A stretch of DNA of 64,000 bases from Paraspadella gotoi (taxonomy: Eukaryota; Animalia; Chaetognatha): contig CM119265.1 in NCBI GenBank assembly GCA_051294375.1, positions 22,964,099-23,028,098 of the forward strand. Direction: 5' to 3'. The notes under the pieces are model-generated. The model made no database searches. It worked only from the letters and a program-made list of their open reading frames with translations, and was not told the DNA's origin. Positions 1-10,095 of this stretch are shown here, in pieces. The translations under genes were made by a program, and so were the position numbers. How positions within the stretch are numbered: the first letter of the stretch is position 1; the number at the start of each line of letters is the position of its first letter.

Positions 1-837
1 CCCTTTTGCCGACAGTTCAAATTTCTCACGAAAATTATGTCAATAGTTTAAAACAGGAAAAAATGGTCGTTATACTAACAAAAACATTTGATTAATACAA
101 TAAAGACAAAAACGCTTATGAATGAAGCTCGGTGTTTAGCCTAAGATTTTCAAACAAATTTTAAGAAAATCAAGAAAATTCACAACAGTAATATGAATTA
201 AAAAAGTATAAATAATAACTTTTTTCAATCCTGAACGTTGTAAAAGTCCCGTCGCGTAATTTTAAACATAGACAATCTAAAAAATAAAATAAATTTCTTT
301 ATAATTTGGTTATTATGAATTAAATGACTAGAGGCTGATAAGGTGGGTTTACTATATCTTTCTCTTATATCTAAACAGTAAACACTAAAAAAAAATAAAA
401 CGGTGCACCACTAACTATAAAAGTTGTTTGGGTTTTTTTTAAATTATCGTTAAATATTTATTTTTATCCTTTTGTTCAAGGGCAATTTATAAACTCCTAC
501 CAAAGAGCAACGCCCTCAAATTTGCTCTATTCGTCAGACTTTAGTCGACTAAATATTATAATATAGGAATAAACTCTTGTTAAACATATGTATTAAATGT
601 TTAAAAGCATAAGGTCACTATCACATTTGTTTAAACCACAAGTCACTTTAAGAATAAAAAAAAATTAAAAATTGGAAAGACTTTTTTTTTCGCTTAACTT
701 TCTACGTGTGTTTTTTTTTTCCTCGGTAATTTCCCGTCATGAATATCGTCGGAAAAATTATTGTAGAGGGAACCTTATAATTATCAAAATAGTAAAATTA
801 GTATATATTTATAGTTTTATGTTTTTATTTTTTTTAT

Positions 838-1000
838 TTAAGTGTAACGAAATTTTCGTGAAACAACAATTAAATTCTATTTTAGATAAAATTGGACATT
901 TTGCTGATGCTGATGCTGATGAAGGCTCGAAATCTGAGCCGAAACATGTCCAATTTTATCTAAAATAAAATTAAATTGTTGAAAATTACGTTTCACTTAA
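838..1000. repeat. Imperfect inverted repeat enclosing a hammerhead core (Penelope-like element remnant)
   Basis: tttagataaaattggacat (881-899) is the reverse complement of atgtccaattttatctaaa (946-964). Looser pairing continues outward (tttaagtgtaacgaaattttc vs gaaaattacgtttcacttaaa). Confidence 0.65.
912..954 (+). ncRNA. Minimal type I hammerhead ribozyme (PLE-type)
   Basis: CTGATGA at 916-922, stem II ggctc/gagcc (924-928/936-940), GAAA at 941-944, then C-AT-GTC with the cleavage triplet GTC at 948-950. Stem I is only 2-3 bp and is disturbed by a ctgatg triplication. Confidence 0.7.
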
Positions 1001-1209
1001 ATCTAAAACAAACAACAAAAAGAAAGGCTTAACACAATGTTCTTTTTAAAATTTATCCCTATATTATAATGAAGATAAAATAATTAATAATAAAGAAAAT
1101 ATGAATATTTAATAAAAATCTATTATATTATAATGATCCACTCCAAAATTCTACTTTCCGACGATCGAAAAAGAGCGACAATCCCACTCAGTCGATTCCT
1201 TGTCTCGGA

Positions 1210-4200
1210 TCAACGCAAATCCAACTCGTCCTCATCTTCTTCTTCTTCCGGTTGAGGATCGACGGAAGGCGCCTTCGCCGGAACGACTCCGTTGGCGACC
1301 GGTTCCGGGATGAAGGGGCATCCTCCGGCGTCGTCCTCGTCTTCGTCTTTGGCCGGAGTGACTTCTATCGTCGGACTCTCTCTGGCGGGGAGAGCGTCGA
1401 AAGTGCTCCCCCTCTCCCTGGCGGGGGTAGATCCGGTCGAGGCGAATGAGCTGCCCCTCTCCCGTCCCGGGGTGACATCGAAGGGGCTCTGGGTCTTGGG
1501 GCTGCCGTCCCCGCTGGTCACGAGGGGCGACTCGGGCCGCGAGGGCGACTTGGGGTAGGTTCTGGAAGGGGTGGTGGGACGGGAAGAGGGTCTGGATGGA
1601 GGCCTCGATGGCGGCCGAGACGGCGGCCGGTTGGGCTTGGCCGGCGGCGTCTTCTTGCCCTCGACCGCGACTGGCTTTTCAAAAGATTTTTCTCCGAAGG
1701 GTTTCCCGCCGCCAAACGCGTCGTCGAACCCACCCGCGGCGCCGTTTCCGCCGGCGCCTCTATTTCCCGCGGCTTCCATAGCACCGAACGCGGCGTCAAA
1801 GGCCGCGTCGTCCATGTCCGAAGACTTACGGCCGCTCGAAGCGGCGCCGCCGACCGCGGCGTCGTTGGCGCCGTTTTTCGGCGCCGCCGCTGCCGACCAA
1901 GCGTCGTCGTCGAATCCACCGGCGCCGCCGGTGCCGCCGTCTCCGAAGCCGGCGTCGGAATCGCCGAAGGCTTTTCCGAACTGGTCGTCGGTTGCGAAGA
2001 CGTCGCCAGGGTCGGCGTCGGCGTCGGCGTCGGCGGAGTGGTTGGCGGGGGCGGCATTGGCGGCGCCCAAAAGAAACTCGGCGAATGGATTCAGCGCTGC
2101 TGCGGATTCCGGCTCGGGCGTGGCTGTGCGGCTCTTCGCGGGCGACGCGCCACCTGGCGAGAGGAATTTAAACCTCGAGTCAAAATTGATGTGCGAATCC
2201 GTGAAAGTGACTTTTACGGTTCGCTATGCTGATTTAAAAATTGGTTTACTTAAAATTTAAAGTAGAGGCGACACAATATCAACGCAGAGAATGGATTATC
2301 AAGTGGCTTGTCGCTCTTGGCTTCTCCGTCTTTTCTTCTGATTGACCAATCAGAGAGGAGGCTTCCCTCAGGAAACCGACGGCAGAGAAACGAGAGAGGG
2401 AACGAGATCACTCTTCAACTTACCTTCAAGAAACAAACATCAAACTCCTTATGGACTATTTGTTATATTGTTTATTGCCTGCCTTTTCTCTGCATAATCT
2501 ACATATTTTGTGTGTTAATTATCATCATCCCAACGTGTTCTTATGTCAATAAAACTCCTCCTATTTCTCACTTAATAAACCACGCCTACTTCCTTCGTTG
2601 TGGTGGCAGCGGTGGGATTCGAACCCACGCCTCCGAAGAGATAAAGTGATATGTTAAATCACTAAAGTGATATGTTAAATCACTTTGGATTTTAAAAACT
2701 CATAAAGGACAGAGAATTGGGAATATAGTTCGCGAAAAGATGCTAATGAAATTGTATCATTGAGTTTTAGGCAATTCTTGACGCTCAGTCCTTATATAAA
2801 AAAATAAGTATTAACGTATAAAGTCATAACCATATTTACTAATTTAAACATCGAATTAAATTTCGTGCTCCGAATTTTGTCAACCGTTTCATTTTGTCAC
2901 TCTTTCATATCTTTTCACTCTCTCACATTAATCTTCCCTGACTCCCCCCCAAACGAACCTGCAAAGGGATTGAATTCCCCAACAGGTTGGCGAAGATGTC
3001 CGCCTTTCCGGCGTCGGCGGCGTCGTGGGCGCCGCCGCCGTTGACGTCGCCGGCGGCGGAATCGTCGTCTTCGTCGTTCGCCCGCGAAGAGTCGTCGTCG
3101 GCGCCCAACCCGAAGATGTCCAGGTTGGGCTGCGTAGGTGGGTGAGGCTCCGACGGGGTGAGCGAGGTGGCGAAGGGGTTGGTGGCGGGTCGGGGGGGCG
3201 GACCCCCCGAGCCCTTGGACCGAGGGCCGCGAGAGAGGGAAGCTGGTTTGGAACGTGGAGGAGGAAGGGTGGAGAGTGTGTTAAAAGGGGCAAGTTAAGA
3301 ATCGGGGGGTGAGGGACGGACAGACGGATGAACGGATGGACGGATGGACGACGATTCACCAACCTGGCTTGCTTCCCAGAGGCTCGTAGTTGGGATCCAT
3401 GGAAGCGTAGTGCTGCTCGAGCGCGTCGAGGAGCGAACCGGGGGCTTTGGCCAGATCCGGGATGTCACCCTTCTCCATGCCCGCCTCCTCTGCGGTCTTG
3501 AGAAACTCGGCCACTCGGTCCATTCTGGCGCGAAGTGGGGGTGCGGGGGGGGGGAGAAAAGATGAGTTCGGGGGTAAGTGAATCGGATGAGAGTGAGGTC
3601 ATTTGGGTATCGGGTAAGGGGAGTGAATCAATAAAGTAAAGGGAGTGAATGAAAAAAGCTAAAGGTACTTAATCAGGTAAGAGGGTGAGGGAAATGAGCC
3701 CTATGAGGACAGAGAAACAAAAGAAGCTGAACGGAGTCTCGAAAGCGGAACGATGAGGAAGCGGAGCGAGAAAACCTAATTTATAACCGATTGAAAACCC
3801 GAGGTCAAATGCGATAACAATCTACGAGGAAGGACGTGGAGAAAAAGGAGGAAAGGAAGCATTGAAAAGAGATTTAACAAATTTCCTGTAAGATGAAAAA
3901 GAATATTATTTATAGTTTTAGACTGAGTCTCTATTAAAAATGTCGCTTCCGTTCAAACTTATTTTTTCTAATTTAAAAATTATTTTCGTTTTTAAACTTA
4001 ACAGCGAGCAAAATATCGCCGCAAATCATGTTTTTACGTTTTACCTCGTAATAAACTTTTTGTAAAGTTCCAGTGCTTCTCTGCAGCATTTTTTGTCCAG
4101 TTCGAAATATTTCTCAAGGAGTTTGATGATTCCGTCATTGTAACAGGCGTACAATCGGATGAGGTCCTGGAAAGAAAACGAAATGAGTCATTGGGACAGA

Positions 4201-4873
4201 CCACAACAAAATTTAAAAAAAAAAAAAGATTTCGATCACATCATTAACGACTGTCACCGTGAAAACGACCATTCCAACATCCACAACTAAATTTAACAGT
4301 ATGAATTACCGTTGGACCTCACCTTGAACAAGAGAAGGAAGCAAGAGTTAATGACGGCGTTGGTAAGTTCGTTGGCGTGGACGTCGAACTCGAGCAGACA
4401 GTCGATCTGCGATTGGAGGACGGGGATCGTCTCGACGAGCTTCTCCGGGGGCATCACCCGAAGCATCCCGTCCTCTCTACCACGTTTCACCTGGCGAGGG
4501 GTTGCGACAGAGGTTGTGGGGGCGATGGTGGGGGGGGGAGAGAAAGGATACGTTATTCGTGTTGATCATCGTCGGTTCACACTTCACATCACTTCAGTTT
4601 ACACTTTACATCACTTCAGTCTTTCTCGTTTTCAAAAAAGAATATTATGAATGAAAAAAGAAGGGAAAAATATCTAGTTGATGGGCATAAACAAAGAAGA
4701 AGGGAAATAAAGAAATATGAAAGTAAAAAACAAAAAGAAAGAAAGAAAAATCAAAACAAAAAGAAAAATTAGTAGTAATTATTCGCTGTATACAGAAAAT
4801 GAAAAAAAAAATTTACCCTTGCAGAAATCAAACGCCATTCGTCGATAGGAAATGCTTTTCTCGTTGATGTATC

Positions 4874-4964
<91 letters not shown>

Positions 4965-6224
4965 CAAGCCATTAGCAATGACAGTTTCCAGTGCGTCACC
5001 CTTCATAAATCAGCAAGAGCGAAACGTCAGAAAAAAAAAAAACAAAACAAAAACAAGAAATAAAAAAAAAACAACAACAAAACAGCCCACCATAGTGATT
5101 AACATATTATTTATTTTAGGAAAAACTTTATTTTTATTTTGAAAAATTCTTTTTTTTTTATAGATTAACGATTATCATCGAAGCCTTCTCAAAACAGATG
5201 GAAAAGTTTCAGGTATTAAGAATAGACTCGAGAAAAAGCGGACAATAATCAACAGGCTATGAATTTATTTATCAAACGAATCCTTATTTTCGGTTGTTAC
5301 TTAAATATAAAAGAGACATCGAAGAAGAAGAATACAGTTCCACTCAACCTGGAATATCGTCGCACGAAGACTGACATCTCTCCCCCACCGACGCCCGTCT
5401 TGTCTATGAAGTTGTGCAGTTTAAAGTTCTTGTTACAAGTCGCCATGTACTGAGAAAATCTTTCGTTGCCGTAACACATGACGTGGTGAGTCGTTATGAG
5501 AGTTTTGAAGACGACGACCCAAGAGGCGCTCAGCGATCGCTCGATCAACAGATCGGCCAGCTTTGGGAAGGGGGGGGGTGTTGGGTTTAATGAGGAAAGG
5601 ATTGGCTCGAATCATTGCTTGATTTACTGATTGATAGATACATAAAATGGTTGATTGATTGATTGATACTTAAGAAGTTTCGCAAGTTTGACGTGATTGA
5701 TTAATTCCGCTCAAAATTGGCGATGAGTGGCGCTCAAAAGAACACAAGTCACGAGACAACAAATTGGTGGTTTAATCGTTTAATAGTTTAATAAATAGTT
5801 ATAAAATAATGTTTTTTTATGAACCAGTGAATGAAACTAAAATAAATGTACAAATTTAAATACCTGCGGAATCGATACATTCATTTCGTGAGTACATTGC
5901 AACAAGTAGTCCAAGTGTTTTTTCTTGGGAGCTCCGATCTCTTCCGTGGTTGCCTGAAGAAATTTTTGTAAATATAAATTTAATTTTTTTTTTATTTTGA
6001 AGATCCATTCTATGATTAAAATATTTTGTTCTGTTTTTGATGAAAAAAAAAAAAAAAAAAAAACGTAGAAAACAGTTGACAATGCCGGAACCCTCAACCT
6101 TGCAGACTGCCTTGGCGAGTCCACTCCCCGCTAGAGAGTGTTTTGCCGCCGTCATCCTGTCCGTGATGGTCTGACCCCCCAGCTTGGGGAGCTGACCCCC
6201 GGCCATCTTGGATATCTGGTCCAT
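1210..6224 (-). CDS. PICALM: Phosphatidylinositol-binding clathrin assembly protein (AP180/CALM/LAP family): ANTH domain plus disordered tail, 9 coding exons
   Basis: Exons 6224-6099, 5953-5864, 5560-5349, 4872-4818, 4490-4323, 4166-4045, 3524-3364, 3242-2959 and 2153-1210. Translation gives [129 protein letters not shown] and [20 protein letters not shown], all ANTH-domain hallmarks. The tail has NPF, DIF and FxDxF motifs. Two 1-nt phase problems occur at 4817 and 2977-2980. Confidence 0.95.
2601..2641 (-). pseudogene. 3' fragment of tRNA-Leu including the CCA tail (PBS-like or retro-copied tRNA fragment) in PICALM intron 8
   Basis: The reverse complement TCTCTTCGGAGGCGTGGGTTCGAATCCCACCGCTGCCA-CCA matches the variable arm, T arm and acceptor strand of eukaryotic tRNA-Leu(NAG), plus CCA. 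The 5' half is absent. Confidence 0.85.
2642..2683. repeat. 21-bp tandem duplication
   Basis: taaagtgatatgttaaatcac occurs twice, immediately after the tRNA fragment. Confidence 0.9.
4877..4960. repeat. (AG)n microsatellite
   Basis: Perfect GA repeat. On the minus strand it abuts the CACAG acceptor of PICALM exon 4. Confidence 0.95.
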
Positions 6225-6939
6225 TTTGGACTCGAGCGCCGCGCGGAAATCCGTCGACGACTTTTGTGGCCCGAGGGACTCGAAGTGGGAGGTGGAAGAC
6301 CTGTCGGGTTTGGGACGTGGAAGGGGTTGGGGTTAAAGCAATTTTTTCAAAAAAATTGGTTAATTAGAGTCACGCGGATTTAGCTAATTTTTTTTAAAAA
6401 TGAAGTCTCCAGTTTAGGTTTACCAACACTTATTCAACTGAATGGCTGATCAAGGACTTCGATGCGACACTTTGCTCCATTAGTAAGAAAATCTTACCTC
6501 CAGCTATTGTACACTATAATATGATCAATCTAAAATCGCACAATGTCCGATTTTGCGTTGACCCAAACGACGATTTTATGTTTTAAATCTTTAATATATT
6601 TTTCTTTATTTCTTTTTTTTTTTCGACGGTGGCGCTTAATGTGATATATTTATTTATTTTTAGTCTGTCTGGGATTTTTTTAAAAAAGTTGTCACCACGA
6701 GATATGATAAGGGTGGGTTATTTGATATTTCGGTGTCTGAGAACGTGATTAATTGATTTCGGTTGTACTGATATAATACGGTTTCACGATATGACTATCA
6801 CTAGTGTAAAAAAACAACGAGGTATATTTAGTAGTTGAGAGATCGCAAGAGTTGGGATGACTCTCTCTCTCTCTTGTGCCAAAATGGCGACTAGAGAGGC
6901 AACGACTAGCGAGCCCGGGTGCGAGAGCGCGCACGTGTG

Positions 6940-7051
<112 letters not shown>

Positions 7052-7059
7052 TTGTCTCT

Positions 7060-7743
7060 TCGCATGCAAACGCGCGCGCGGATTGGGTGTGAGAGTCACA
7101 GCGATCACTTACATGATGACGTGAATCGCGGCCCGTGATTCGTCCAATTACGACGCCGACGATGAAAGGAACGAGGCGTCTCTCTCTCTCTCTCGCTCTC
7201 TCTCTCGTCGTCTCCGTCTCGCTATTCGTTTCCGTTTCTCTATCTCAGTTCGCTCAGGTGACGATGGATCCGGATCACGACGTCGTGGGCTTGACTCTTG
7301 TCAGACGCGTGATTGGTCGACTGAGTTGACGACTTGTCACGTGACGAAGACTTCGCGCCGGAATCGACAAAAGACTCGATCAGTGACGTCACGAAGAGAC
7401 TACGAGGTCCGGCGAGAGGTTTCAAGGTTCAGGGTTCAGGTTTTCGAGGTTCGAATCGAATGGAATTTTTTTTTTCTTCTCGAAAACCGCGATGAATGGA
7501 GGAAAGGAGAAAAGGGAGGAAGAAGGAAAGAGACTCAAAGGTCGCGCTGTCTTTTTTCGGTGGCACGGATTTTTTTCTGCTCTAATAAAGATGGAACCGT
7601 TTTTTTTAAAGGGCGAAATAACCGCAAAGAGAATGTGGACTATGATTGGTCGAGCGGTGTGGTTACTGGTCTCTGATTGGCTGAGAACGGACGACGTCGC
7701 CACGCGCGAATCTGCGCCGGTGGGCGTAGCTCCCGTGTCATTC

Positions 7744-7840
<97 letters not shown>

Positions 7841-7870
7841 GTTTTAAGAGTCGACGCTATGACGTCATTT
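7060..7870 (-). promoter_or_regulatory. CpG-rich putative PICALM promoter
   Basis: Upstream of the first coding exon, which has its own acceptor near 6300. Contains ATTGG/CCAAT boxes at 7312, 7645 and 7676, palindromic E-box GTCACGTGAC at 7336-7345, and CRE TGACGTCA at 7384-7391 and 7860-7867. Confidence 0.55.
7748..7838. repeat. (CT)n microsatellite
   Basis: Perfect CT run. Confidence 0.95.
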
Positions 7871-8497
7871 TCCTCCTTGATGCGGAATTAGATTTTATTA
7901 CTTTTTCCGCGAAGATTTAAGAAATTTAAATATATAAATACATTAAAATAAATACACTATTTAGGTCTAATAGTAGTTCAGCTTTTTAAATGACATTTTC
8001 CTCCATTCCGGTTTAAAGTTTCTAGCGTCATCAACTTCTATGGAAAGATCCTGAAATACAAGAGCTGCTATCTGTCAAATCCTATATTTTATCGAATTCC
8101 GACTTTGGTGCCAACACATTTCTCTTTGCACATTCGACTGCCATCTAGGAAACAAAATGTCAACTTCCTTATTTGAACCAGATTGCTTTAATTTTTTCAA
8201 TTTTTCCTACCTTAGCATTATTTTATTTGATAACGAATTTGAAATAAATATGTATTTTCTTCAAAAATAAATTGACAAAAAAAAAATTGAAGCTACATGC
8301 GTACGAAAGAAACGGTTATACGAAGCCAAGGAGAGACCACGAATCAAAAACGGTACTCAAATTTCGATTTAAAATCGCTCAGTGAACTGAACGCAATGCA
8401 CTCAGCGTACTCAAATCTAAACTTTAAATTCGTCAAGTTGATAAAACTTTGATAAATACAAAAAATTAGATAAAATTTAATTGTTGCTCATTTGTCT

Positions 8498-10095
8498 TCA
8501 CGTCGATCTCGATGTGTTCGTTCCAGTGTCTTCAGGCGTCGTCGCCGGCGGAGGTTGACTTCCAAGTCTGTCAAAAATAATTGAAACTGTTTAAACATTA
8601 AGATGATTATTCAAAGTTTCTGAAATAAATATCCTACTTCCATTGTTAATTTTTATTGAAATATTTTTTTATAATAATAGTAGATTAGTTTAATTATCTT
8701 GTACAATGTACAATGTAGTATATACAATGCAATCTTCAAAAATTAAACATTTTAATATCATTATTGTCAAAGTCCATTGTCCACAGTCCAGTTTCTCCAA
8801 AAACTCACAAGTAAGCCGGTGGTCTCATGTGGATGATAGGCTTCGGGGGCCCAGTGGGGCTGGCCCGGCTGGGGCTGTTGAGCCCGGCGGGGAACGGCCT
8901 CGTCGGAGTTCCCATCGGGCTACCCTTGTTGGGAACGGGTCCAATAGGGCTACCCTTGCAAGGAACGGGCCCCATAGGGCTGCACTTTGGCACAGGGCCG
9001 ACGGGGCTGTTTCGCAGCCCGGACGGAGTCATCATCTCCGAGTTGGGACGAGAATTAGGCCGAGAATTTGGCCGAGAGTTGGGGGGCGTGCCCGCGGCCG
9101 ATCCGGTGCCCGATCGGGGTCGAGGCACGCCTGACAAAGAGATATAAGTAAAATAATTATGACAATATTTATCGTCGGTGCAAAATTACACAATTAAGGA
9201 TAAAGATCAACTTTAAAACTGTCAGTTTAGTTATAGTAGATGGATACCTACTATATAAGACAGCTACTACGAGATTAGATACTAGTTTCAAAATGTAACC
9301 ATTTCTTACACAACCACGGAAAAAACTAGTCAGCGGTTAAAAGTCATAAACTTCGCTGTCTCGTTACAGTCTCGTTCTCTTCCGCATTGACGGATTTATG
9401 GCTAAATAAAAATATTGTAAATAAACAATTACTTTAAACCTTCCCCCCCTCTCTCACCGGGCGGAGTTCCGGCCGGAGAATCCAAGTTGCCGTATTTTCC
9501 AGCTGGAGCCGCCGAGTAGCCGGAAATCGGCGGCTGCTGCCACCTCACGCCGACGGGTCCCCCCGCGGCGCTGCCGAAAGAGTCGCCGGACGACGCGCGA
9601 TGTCGCCCTTTGCGTCTGAAGAAGGCAAAAAGGAAACGCGAGATGAAAAATAAATGTATGTATGTATTACTAACAAAAAATATTCAACATAATTTTTTTA
9701 TGTTTTTATTGAAGTTTAATGACCGGAACGATAAGAAGTATGATATGAGGCATAGAAATACAAATGATGTAAAAATTGAATACAGTTTTTTTAAAAGCAA
9801 GGGCATTAATGCCGTAAATATATTTCTCAGTCAATTTTAATGGCTAGCAAAGATCCGTTCTTCTCATTGGCTCATTGGTAAGTTGGACTTGTTTCGTAAA
9901 AGTCTAAATTCTGGTAAGGACCTCCTCAATACTCATCCACTCACTTTGGTAAAGGCTCCTCCTCTTCTTCCTCCTCGTCATAGTCGGTTCGATTGGAGAA
10001 GTGTCGATCTTTTTTCTTTTTGCACACCGTGACTCTACACACCATGCCGCAACCGACGCAGGTGAGCAACAGGGAGAACATGAGTCCCACGCACC
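8498..10095 (-). CDS. 3' four exons of an uncharacterised two-transmembrane protein with a Pro/Ser-rich cytoplasmic tail
   Basis: Exons 10095-9945, 9615-9458, 9130-8809 and 8567-8498 have AG acceptors, GTGAG donors on the first three, and consistent phases. Translation: (G)CVGLMFSLLLTCVGCGMVCRVTVCKKKKDRHFSNRTDYDEEEEEEEPLPK...NSRPNSRPNSRP...SPMGPVP repeats...RPPAYLLGSQPPPATTPEDTGTNTSRST*. Confidence 0.8.

Noticed and set aside
1252-2260. Plus-strand ORFs up to 229 aa and an alternative minus-frame 179-aa ORF
   Set aside because: Shadow frames of GC-rich PICALM exon 9.
2424-2447. Possible PICALM micro-exon before a GTAAGT donor
   Set aside because: It would be phase 0/0 and does not fix the exon 8-9 phase mismatch; a one-base correction at 2977-2980 does.
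8706-9147. Plus-strand Gly/Pro-rich ORFs (collagen- or SmB-like look)
   Set aside because: Antisense shadows of exon 5 of the two-TM gene; splice signals and phases all support the minus strand.
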